NCBI GenBank assembly: GCA_963710205.1
Contig: CAVPZG010000004.1
Coordinates: 242,491 to 306,490 of the forward strand
Direction of reading: 5' to 3'
DNA length: 64,000 nt
From: an uncultured Alphaproteobacteria bacterium
Lineage (GTDB): Bacteria; Pseudomonadota; Alphaproteobacteria; Sphingomonadales; Sphingomonadaceae
This document shows, piece by piece, positions 1 through 6,910 of this stretch. Below the pieces are notes generated by a model that was not told where the DNA came from, did not search any database, and saw nothing but the letters and a program-made list of their open reading frames with translations. A program made the position numbers and the translations under genes. Within the stretch, counting starts at the first letter, position 1, and every line of letters starts with the position of its first letter.

Positions 1-148
1 GCGCTGGACACTCTTGATGCGCGTGGGCGATGCGCCCCTGGTGGGGGATGGCCTGCGCTGGAGGACGGCAAGGCTGCGGGTGCTGTCCGTGACGCGCGAC
101 CCGCGTGTGGCTGACCGGGTGCGGGTGCTGGCCGAGGCGCGGGCGTGA
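1..148 (+). CDS. GTA/phage head-tail adaptor (RcGTA g7-like), C-terminal fragment; 5' end lies outside the window
   Basis: Open frame with codons from nt 2 (...RWRTARLRVLSVTRDPRVADRVRVLAEARA), ending at TGA 146-148. It sits directly upstream of the DUF3168 and major-tail genes. The family call rests on position and weak motif recall. Confidence 0.4.
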   Translation, partial: RWTLLMRVGDAPLVGDGLRWRTARLRVLSVTRDPRVADRVRVLAEARA

Positions 149-381
149 TGCCGGGGCAGGAAGGGGCGCGGTTCGCGGCAAGGCTGCTGGTGGCGGGGCG
201 GGCGAGATTGCGGCCGGCGGTCAAGAGCGAGGCGCGGCGGGCGGCGCGGACGCTTTCGGACATGGACGGAGTTTCGGCGGAGGCCAAGGGAAACCTTGTG
301 CTGGTGCGTGGCGGATTTTCCGGCGCGGATGACGGACGTTGGCGCTGGCCGGGCGCGTGGGTGCGGGAACTGATGAGATGA
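148..381 (+). CDS. small hypothetical protein (77 aa) inside the GTA cluster
   Basis: Its ATG at 148 overlaps the upstream TGA (TGATG). Its TGA at 379-381 overlaps the ATG at 378 of the next gene (ATGA). Third codon positions are G/C-rich like the neighbours. I recognise no family. Confidence 0.35.
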   Translation: MPGQEGARFAARLLVAGRARLRPAVKSEARRAARTLSDMDGVSAEAKGNLVLVRGGFSGADDGRWRWPGAWVRELMR

Positions 382-749
382 CGAGCGGATATGACCTGCA
401 GGTGGCGGTGCGCGCGGCAGTCAGCGCGGCGCTGCCGGACTGGCCGGTATTCGACGGCCCGCCCGCCGGGGCAGTGCCGCCCTATGCGACACTGGGGCCG
501 GATCTGGTTCTGGAGGCGTCGGGCAAGGGGGTTTCGCTGCGGCGGCACCGCCTTGCCGTCACCCTATGGGCGGCGGGCGATGCGGTGTCCGCGGTGAAGG
601 CGGCGATGGGCGGGGTGGAAACGTCGGTGGTCGCAATTGCCGCTGCGGGACTGGTCGAGATGCGGTTTCTGCGCGCGTTCACGCGGCACGTGCCTGCCGA
701 TGGGCTGGTGCGCGGCGAGGTCGAATTCGAGGCCCTGATCGAAGGATGA
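378..749 (+). CDS. GTA g8-like DUF3168 tail-terminator family protein
   Basis: The ORF 339-749 has an internal ATG at 378 (MTSGYDLQVAVRAAVSAALPDWPVFDGPP...PPYATLG), which is a typical DUF3168 N-terminus. It lies just before the major tail gene. Confidence 0.7.
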   Translation: MTSGYDLQVAVRAAVSAALPDWPVFDGPPAGAVPPYATLGPDLVLEASGKGVSLRRHRLAVTLWAAGDAVSAVKAAMGGVETSVVAIAAAGLVEMRFLRAFTRHVPADGLVRGEVEFEALIEG

Positions 750-844
750 TTTGCCTTTTGGGGTGGGGGCGCGGCGGCATCACGGCGCGCCGTGCCCTGA
801 CCCACCCCTTTGAGTGAGGGCGTTGTTGCTGGAGGAGAAGGTTT

Positions 845-1249
845 ATGGGTGCTGAGAAGGGAAGTGCGTTCCTGCTGAAGCTGTCGGACGGGGCAGATCC
901 AGCCGGATATGAAACGGTGGCGGGGCTGCGGACGACGCAGATGTCGATTGCGTCGGATGCGGTCGTGACGACGAACAAGGGCTCTGGCGGCTGGCGCGAA
1001 ATCCTGTCGGAAGCGGGAACGCGCTCGGTAAGTGTCTCGGGCGCGGGCGTGTTCACCGGCTCCGCGGCGGAGGCGCGGCTGAAGAGTCATGCGCTGGCCG
1101 GAAGGGTTGCGGATTACCGGCTGTCGTTCGAAAGCGGCGAGACGGTGACGGGGCCGTTCGCAGTGACGCGGCTGGACTATGCCGGGGATTTTGGCGGGGA
1201 GCGGACCTACACTTTGAGCCTGGAGAGCGCCGGGCCGGTGAGCGCGTGA
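845..1249 (+). CDS. GTA g9 major tail protein (TP901-1-like)
   Basis: 134 aa: MGAEKGSAFLLKLSDG...GYETVAGLRTTQMSI...YRLSFESGETVTGPFAVTRLDYAGDFGGERTYTLSLESAG. Size, motifs and position match the RcGTA major tail protein. Confidence 0.8.
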   Translation: MGAEKGSAFLLKLSDGADPAGYETVAGLRTTQMSIASDAVVTTNKGSGGWREILSEAGTRSVSVSGAGVFTGSAAEARLKSHALAGRVADYRLSFESGETVTGPFAVTRLDYAGDFGGERTYTLSLESAGPVSA

Positions 1250-1551
1250 CGACCGCGAATGCCATTCGCGGCGAGGCGCGTCTGGACCTTGGCGACCGGG
1301 AGGTGCTGCTGCGTCCGAGCTTTTCGGCGCTGGTGGCGGCGGAGGACGAGCTGGGACCGCTGTTCGCGCTGGTGGAACGGGCCGCGGGCGGCGGGCTGAC
1401 GCTGAGCGAAATGGCGGGGCTGTTCTGGCACACGGCGTGCGGGCCGGATCTGGACCGGGATGCGTTTGAGGAAGCTGTGGTCGCGGGCGGACTGGTCAGG
1501 GCTTCACCCGCGCTGAAGATGCTGCTGACGCAGATACTGGCGGGAAAATAG
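1246..1551 (+). CDS. GTA g10 family protein (tail assembly chaperone-like)
   Basis: Its GTG at 1246 overlaps the g9 stop (GTGA). 101 aa: ANAIRGEARLDLGDREVLLRPSFSALVAAEDELGPLF... is typical of the gene transfer agent family protein that follows the major tail gene. Confidence 0.7.
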   Translation: MTTANAIRGEARLDLGDREVLLRPSFSALVAAEDELGPLFALVERAAGGGLTLSEMAGLFWHTACGPDLDRDAFEEAVVAGGLVRASPALKMLLTQILAGK

Positions 1552-1593
1552 GCGCCGCGGGAGCGCATCTTACGCTGTGGAGCCATTGACAGG

Positions 1594-2034
1594 TCAGGAG
1601 GCGGATCCCGGCCCGTGACGGCGTGACGTGTCTTGACCGAATGGCCAGTCGATCACCGCCGCTGCCCAGAGGGTCCACCAGATGAGGACGGGCTGGGCGA
1701 GCATGCGGGGGGCGTGATACCACATGCCGGGGCCGAAGCCGCTGCCTTCGATATAGTCCAGCATGTGCTTCACATTCGCGGGCCAGACGCAGAGGGCGTA
1801 GAGCGCGAGGCCGATGCCTGCCGCGCGGCGTAGCTGCGGGATGAGGATACCCGCCGCGCCTGCGAGTTCGGCGATGCCGGTCAGAAGGATGACCTGGCCG
1901 GGGAAGGGCACCCAGGCGGGTGTTATCCTGAGGAAGCCCTCTGGAGACAGGATGTGGGCGATGCCCGCCAGACCATAGAAAATGGCGATGAGGATGCGCG
2001 AGACCTTGCGGCCGCGGGTGTCGGTAGCGGTCAT
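1594..2034 (-). CDS. DoxX-like family inner-membrane protein
   Basis: 146 aa counted from the ATG at 2034 within ORF 1594-2430. It reads RILIAIFYGLAGIAHILSPEGF...LLTGIAELAGAAGILIPQLRRAAGIGLALYALCVWPANV and predicts four hydrophobic helices. It is on the opposite strand to all flanking GTA genes. Confidence 0.6.
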   Translation of the reverse strand: MTATDTRGRKVSRILIAIFYGLAGIAHILSPEGFLRITPAWVPFPGQVILLTGIAELAGAAGILIPQLRRAAGIGLALYALCVWPANVKHMLDYIEGSGFGPGMWYHAPRMLAQPVLIWWTLWAAAVIDWPFGQDTSRRHGPGSAS

Positions 2035-2052
2035 GCGCGAAGGGGATGCGGA

Positions 2053-2268
2053 ATGACGGACGGCGATGCAAGCGCGGACAGCTTTGCGCGGGTTGCCGCC
2101 GAGGCGTGCGGGACGGTGTGCGGGCGGCTCGGCTGGCGTGTGGCTGACTTCTGGGCGGCGACGCCCGCCGAATTGCTGATGGTGCTGGGCGGACTGGCCG
2201 AGGGCGCGGGTCCGGGCGCACTGACGGGGCGTGAACTGAAGGATCTGATGGAGGCGGCGGATGGATGA
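2053..2268 (+). CDS. GTA g10.1-like (rcc01693-family) tail assembly protein
   Basis: Internal ATG at 2053 of ORF 1954-2268 (MTDGDASADSFARVAAEACGTVCGRLGWRVADFWAATPAELLMVLGG...). The stop overlaps the tape-measure start. The part of the ORF upstream of 2053 overlaps the DoxX gene. Confidence 0.6.
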   Translation: MTDGDASADSFARVAAEACGTVCGRLGWRVADFWAATPAELLMVLGGLAEGAGPGALTGRELKDLMEAADG

Positions 2269-2830
2269 GGAACTGGACACGCTCGTCCTGAAGGTGCGGG
2301 CGGATACGCAGGGCTTTGCCCGCGACGTCGAGACGATGCGGGGCGCCATCGAGGGGCCGCTGGCGGACGGCGTCGAGCGGGCGGGGCGGGCGATGGAGCA
2401 GTCGCTGGCGCGCTTTGTGAGAACGGGCAAGTTCGGCTTCGAGGACCTGAAGCGGACGGCGCTGAGTGTCTTTGAGGCGATCCTGAGCGCGCAGCTGCAG
2501 GGCGGCGGTGGATATGGCGGCGGAAGGGTCGGCGGCGGGGGCGGGCTGGCCTCGCTGCTGACGACGGCGGCGCTGGCCTTTGCGGGCGCGCCGGGGCGGG
2601 CGACCGGCGGGCCGGTGTCGCCGGGACAGGCCTATGTCGTGGGCGAGCGCGGGCCGGAACTGTTCGTGCCGACGTCGAGCGGGCGTGTGGAGACGGGCGC
2701 GGGCGGCGGACGCGGCCCGGTGACGATCAATGTGCATGTGTCGGGCGGGGCGGCGGCCTCCCCGGAGATGATGCAGCGGAGCGGGCGGCAGGTGGCGCGG
2801 GCGGTGTCGAGGGCGCTGGCGCGCGGGTGA
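2261..2830 (+). CDS. GTA g11 tail tape measure protein (short GTA type)
   Basis: 189 aa with a Gly-rich centre, then GRATGGPVSPGQAYVVGERGPELFVPTSSGRVE, the conserved C-terminal motif of GTA tape measures. The start overlaps the g10.1 stop. Confidence 0.65.
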   Translation: MDEELDTLVLKVRADTQGFARDVETMRGAIEGPLADGVERAGRAMEQSLARFVRTGKFGFEDLKRTALSVFEAILSAQLQGGGGYGGGRVGGGGGLASLLTTAALAFAGAPGRATGGPVSPGQAYVVGERGPELFVPTSSGRVETGAGGGRGPVTINVHVSGGAAASPEMMQRSGRQVARAVSRALARG

Positions 2831-2871
2831 CGGGTAAGTGCCCCTCTGGCGGGCGGTAAGGGGACTATTCG

Positions 2872-5202
2872 ATGCACTATCTTGCGAGCCGTGCCGATCA
2901 GGTGCGGACGGACTGGATGAAGCGGTTCGATGCGGCGCACTGGCTGCTGAACTTTCCAAGGCCGATGATGGCGGCGGTGACGACGCCCAGGGCGCGGTCG
3001 TTGCGGGTGGACTGCGCGTTTTTGAAGCGGGACGATCTGGCGGGGCTGATCTGGGAATCCGAAGATAGCTACGATCACCCGCTGCTGTCCTATGAGACGC
3101 GGCGGGATTATCGCGGGCTGCTGCTGACGTTTCGCTGGCGGGCCGAGGGAAGCGTCAAGGCGCTGCATGTGCCGAACGGGCCGGTACTGACGATCGAGGG
3201 ACGCGACGAGGGCGGCGCGGCGCGGGTCTGGTATGTGCGGCTGTGGAATTACGCGGACGGGGCGGCGGACAATGCGGTCGTCACGCTTGATTTCGATGAC
3301 CTGCGCGCGGGTTATGCGCCGGGCGGAGCGCCGGTCTGGCCGGGCGATGTTGACCGGATGTTCGTGTCGCTGGTCCCTGCCGGGTTTGACGGGACGGACG
3401 CGGCACTGGCCGCGCCCGAACATGGGACCGTCTGGATGGAGGATATCCACTGCGAGGGCGGTGGGTCATCGATCCGGGTCGGGGATGCCTGCCTGCCGCC
3501 GCACGGGCTGAGGATCGCGACGGGTTATGACGACGAATATAATGCGGCGCCTGAGCGTCTGCTGCGGAATGTGCGTGCGCTGGGGTATCGAAAGTGGCTG
3601 ACACTTTATGTCGGCATGTCGCATTACATGGCGCTGGGCGCGCGGGTGGACGGGACGTTCGAGATATTGGGTGACGGCGACCCGCTGGTGGCCCCGTGCC
3701 GGGTCTGGATGGAGGATTTCGCCGCGCGCTCTGTGGCGGACGGGATTACGCCCGTACTTTCGCTGAGCTATGAGCTGTTCGATGCCTATGCGCCGGAAGA
3801 CTGGAAACAGCGGGCGCATGATGGTTCGCCCGCGCTGACGGGCTGGACGCCGCCTTCGACCCTGCTGTCGCCCGCCAATGCCGACGCGATGGCGTGGTTG
3901 CAGCGTGTTGCGGTGGCATTCGCCGGAATCGCGAGTGCCAGCGGCGGCGCCCCCTGGTTCCAGGTGGGCGAGCCGTGGTGGTGGACGGGCTTTGGCGATG
4001 CGCAAATCCCTTGCTTTTACGATGACGCGGCGGTGGCAGCCTATGAGGCGGAGACGGGACGGGCTGTCGGGCCGCGGCTGACGGGACTGCCAGCGGTGCT
4101 TTCGCCCGAACAGACCGACCATGCGGACTGGCTGGGCGCGCGTCTGGGGCAGTCGGTGCTGGATGTGGCGGCGGCGGTCAAGGCGGCGGTTCCGGAGGCA
4201 CACACGGCACTGCTATTCTATGCGCCGCAGGTGCTGCGACGGGATGCGCCGTGGCTGAAGCGTGTGAACATGCCTGCGGACTGGGCCGCGCCGGCCTTCG
4301 ATATCCTGCAGCTGGAAGACTATGACTTCGTGCTGGCGGAGGATGCGGGGGCGTCGCGGCGGGCGGCGGAGGTCGTCACGGCGGAGCTGGGCTATCCGCC
4401 CGAAACGCAGCACTATTTTTCCGGGTTCGTGCTGCAGGCTGAAGACCGCGATCGGTGGGAGCCGATCGCGAAGGCCGCAGGAGCGGCCGCGACGCGCGGG
4501 GTCGCCGACGTCTTCGTCTGGGCGCTGCCGCAGGTGCGGCGCGACGGATTTACCTATTGGCAGGCTGAAGGGGACGAGGCGATGGACGCCTTTCATGATG
4601 TGCGCTTTCCGCTGGCGCTGGGCGAAGGCGCGGGCGGCGGGCCGGAATTTCTGACGCAGATCGCGGCGACCGTGTCGGGCGAGGAACAGCGGTCGAGCGT
4701 CTGGGCGCAGGGGCGGCTGCGCTATGACGCGGGGCTGGGCGTGCGGTCGGAGAATGACCTGCGCGTGGTGCAGCGTTTCTTTCGCGCGCGAAAGGGGCGG
4801 GCGCACGGGTTCCGCTTTCGCGATCCGCTGGATTTCTGTTCCGGCGACGGCGACGTGCCGGGACCATATGATGAATATCTGGGTGAAGGCGATGGCGTGC
4901 GGACGGATTTCGCGCTGCTGAAACGATATGGCGATGGGGACGACGCGGAACTGAGGCGGATTACGCGGGTGGAGCAGGAGACACTGCGCGTCGCCGTGGA
5001 CGGGGTGGAGGCGGTCGCGGGCTGGTCGGTCGAGGATGGCGGCCTGCTGCGGTTCGAACACGCCCCGGTCGGGGCGGTCACGGCGGGATTTCTGTTCGAC
5101 GTGCCGGTGCGGTTTCAGGAGGACCGGCTGGAGGTGTCGCTGGAAAACTGGCGTGCGGGGGATGTGCCGTCAGTGCCGCTGGTGGAAATACGGGAATCAT
5201 GA
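2872..5202 (+). CDS. GTA g12 distal tail protein (DUF2460/TIGR02217) carrying an unassigned ~570-aa N-terminal module
   Basis: 776-aa ORF. The last 206 aa, from the internal ATG at 4582 (MDAFHDVRFPLALGEGAGGGPEFLTQIAATVSGEEQRSS...), look like a complete DUF2460 protein. I recognise no family in the first ~570 aa. No stop separates the two parts. Confidence 0.7.
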   Translation: MHYLASRADQVRTDWMKRFDAAHWLLNFPRPMMAAVTTPRARSLRVDCAFLKRDDLAGLIWESEDSYDHPLLSYETRRDYRGLLLTFRWRAEGSVKALHVPNGPVLTIEGRDEGGAARVWYVRLWNYADGAADNAVVTLDFDDLRAGYAPGGAPVWPGDVDRMFVSLVPAGFDGTDAALAAPEHGTVWMEDIHCEGGGSSIRVGDACLPPHGLRIATGYDDEYNAAPERLLRNVRALGYRKWLTLYVGMSHYMALGARVDGTFEILGDGDPLVAPCRVWMEDFAARSVADGITPVLSLSYELFDAYAPEDWKQRAHDGSPALTGWTPPSTLLSPANADAMAWLQRVAVAFAGIASASGGAPWFQVGEPWWWTGFGDAQIPCFYDDAAVAAYEAETGRAVGPRLTGLPAVLSPEQTDHADWLGARLGQSVLDVAAAVKAAVPEAHTALLFYAPQVLRRDAPWLKRVNMPADWAAPAFDILQLEDYDFVLAEDAGASRRAAEVVTAELGYPPETQHYFSGFVLQAEDRDRWEPIAKAAGAAATRGVADVFVWALPQVRRDGFTYWQAEGDEAMDAFHDVRFPLALGEGAGGGPEFLTQIAATVSGEEQRSSVWAQGRLRYDAGLGVRSENDLRVVQRFFRARKGRAHGFRFRDPLDFCSGDGDVPGPYDEYLGEGDGVRTDFALLKRYGDGDDAELRRITRVEQETLRVAVDGVEAVAGWSVEDGGLLRFEHAPVGAVTAGFLFDVPVRFQEDRLEVSLENWRAGDVPSVPLVEIRES

Positions 5203-5293
5203 ATATGCGTGACCGGCTGGATCCTGCCCACCTCGGCTGCGCCCTCGTCCCCCTTGAGCACCGTCCGGCGCCGCCTTCGCGTGCGATGGAGGG

Positions 5294-6133
5294 ATGCGCA
5301 TGAGGACGATACCGGACGCGCTTGCCGCGTCGCTGGCGGCGCCCCTCGTGCCGCTCGCCTGGTTGTGGCGGGTGGTCCGGGCGGACGGCGCGGCGCTGGG
5401 ATTCACGACGCATGACCGGGCATTGCACGTGGGCGGACTTAGCTATGCGCCCGCGCCGGGGATGGTGCCGTCTGCCGTCTCGGACAGTGATGGGCCGGAT
5501 GTCGAGGGGGTCGATATATCGGGAATCTTGTCGAGCGATTTCATCACCGCGGCCGATATCGAGGCGGGCCGTTATGACGGGGCACGGGCGGAGTTGATGC
5601 TGGTGGACTGGAGCGCGCCGGACGCGGGCGCGCTGGTTCTGACGCGGGGAACCTTGGGGGCGATCCGCGTGCGCGGCGGCATGTTCGAGGCCGAATTGCG
5701 AACCGCCGAGACGCTGCTGAACAGGGTCCCCGTCGAACTGACGACGCCTGAATGCAGGGCGCGGCTGGGCGATGCGCGCTGCGGCGTGGACATGGCGGCG
5801 CGGCGGCGGGAGGCCGTCGTTTCCGAAGTGCTGGACGTGGGCGAAGTGCTGGTGTCGCCGGCGCCCGCCGACGGCGTGCATGACTATGGGCGCCTCAGGG
5901 CAATGTCAGGCGCGCTGGCGGGAGTGGATGTTGGCATCGCGCGGAGTTCAGGAGGGGTGCTGCGGCTGGACGACGATGCGCGCGGGCTGGCGGTGGGCGA
6001 CCGGGTGCTGCTGACCGAAGGCTGCGACCGGCGCTGGGTGACCTGCCGGGAACGGTTCCGCAATGGCGACAATTTTCGCGGTGAGCCGTTCGTGCCCGGG
6101 CGGGATAGCGTGCTGCGCTATCCCGGGTTGTAA
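5294..6133 (+). CDS. GTA g13 hub protein (DUF2163 with BR0599-type C-terminus)
   Basis: 279 aa: LAWLWRVVRADGAALGFTTHDRAL... with the C-terminal GCDRRWVTCRERFRNGDNFRGEPFVPGRD motif. The start could be ATG 5294 or ATG 5300. Confidence 0.75.
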   Translation: MRMRTIPDALAASLAAPLVPLAWLWRVVRADGAALGFTTHDRALHVGGLSYAPAPGMVPSAVSDSDGPDVEGVDISGILSSDFITAADIEAGRYDGARAELMLVDWSAPDAGALVLTRGTLGAIRVRGGMFEAELRTAETLLNRVPVELTTPECRARLGDARCGVDMAARRREAVVSEVLDVGEVLVSPAPADGVHDYGRLRAMSGALAGVDVGIARSSGGVLRLDDDARGLAVGDRVLLTEGCDRRWVTCRERFRNGDNFRGEPFVPGRDSVLRYPGL

Positions 6134-6134
6134 A

Positions 6135-6608
6135 GTGCGGAACGAACGCCTGGCCCTGCGCGCGCCTGTCACTTGCCCCCTCTCCCAATCTCTCTCCAGC
6201 GGGGAGAGACGAAGCCTGGTTGTCGCTGCGGCGCGGGCCGCCGTTGGCACGCGGACACGGGCGCAGGGGCGGGTGGCCGGACTGGCGCTCGACTGTGTGG
6301 GACTGGCGGCGCTGGCATTGAAGGCGGGCGGGGCGCGGTTCGATGTGCCCGCGGATTATTGCCTGCGGGCGGACAACCGGGCGCGGCTGGTCGAGGGATT
6401 GCGGGGGGCGGGGCTGGCGCGGGTGGACCGCGCGCCGCTGGCGGGCGACGTGCTGATGATCGAGGTCGCGCCGGGGCAGGTGCATCTGGCGGTTGCAACG
6501 GAAGCGGGGCGGGCGGTTCACGCGCATTTCGGCGTGGGGCGCGTGGTGGAGGCCGAGCTGCCGGAAGACTGGCGGGTGCTGGGGGTTTGGGCGCTGGCTG
6601 ACGCCTAG
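6135..6608 (+). CDS. GTA g14 NlpC/P60-like cell-wall peptidase
   Basis: Same frame as ORF 6063-6608. GTG 6135 is the first start after the hub stop at 6131-6133. It reads ...GRVAGLALDCVGLAALALKAGG...GDVLMIEVAPGQVHLAVAT...VHAH, the Cys...His pattern of the GTA peptidase. The start is uncertain. Confidence 0.6.
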   Translation: MRNERLALRAPVTCPLSQSLSSGERRSLVVAAARAAVGTRTRAQGRVAGLALDCVGLAALALKAGGARFDVPADYCLRADNRARLVEGLRGAGLARVDRAPLAGDVLMIEVAPGQVHLAVATEAGRAVHAHFGVGRVVEAELPEDWRVLGVWALADA

Positions 6609-6865
6609 AAATTTAGTTCCACAGGCTGAACGCCCTGAGCAAGTTGCAGCTGTCACCAAAGCTCAAATGATTACTTTCACCGAAGTCTCCTTTTGCCGGA
6701 AACCTTCCTGCAAGTTGACCAGCCCATGAACCGAAAAATTGAATTACTGTCGAAACGACAGCACAGAATTTGTTGCCTGGGTAACGGCAACGCATCTCAA
6801 TAGCATTGTGACCGCTGACGCGGGTCTTTCCTGTGGCGCCCTGGCGGGTGCGTATCCTCCCCTTG

Positions 6866-6899
6866 CCCCTTCTCTCGCAAGAAGGGGACGTCTTGTTTT
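6866..6899 (+). terminator. terminator-like hairpin immediately upstream of g15
   Basis: CCCCTTCT (6866-6873), loop CTCGCA, AGAAGGGG (6880-6887), followed by ACGTCTTGTTTTG. It sits 12 nt before the g15 RBS. The function is inferred. Confidence 0.3.
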
Positions 6900-6910
6900 G
6901 GAGATAGCTG

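Noticed and set aside
6063-6134. ATG 6063 as the start of the g14 peptidase (181-aa ORF).
   Set aside because: It would overlap the hub gene by 71 nt, and the extra N-terminal residues look like out-of-frame hub sequence. GTG 6135, directly after the hub stop, fits the usual ~155-aa size.
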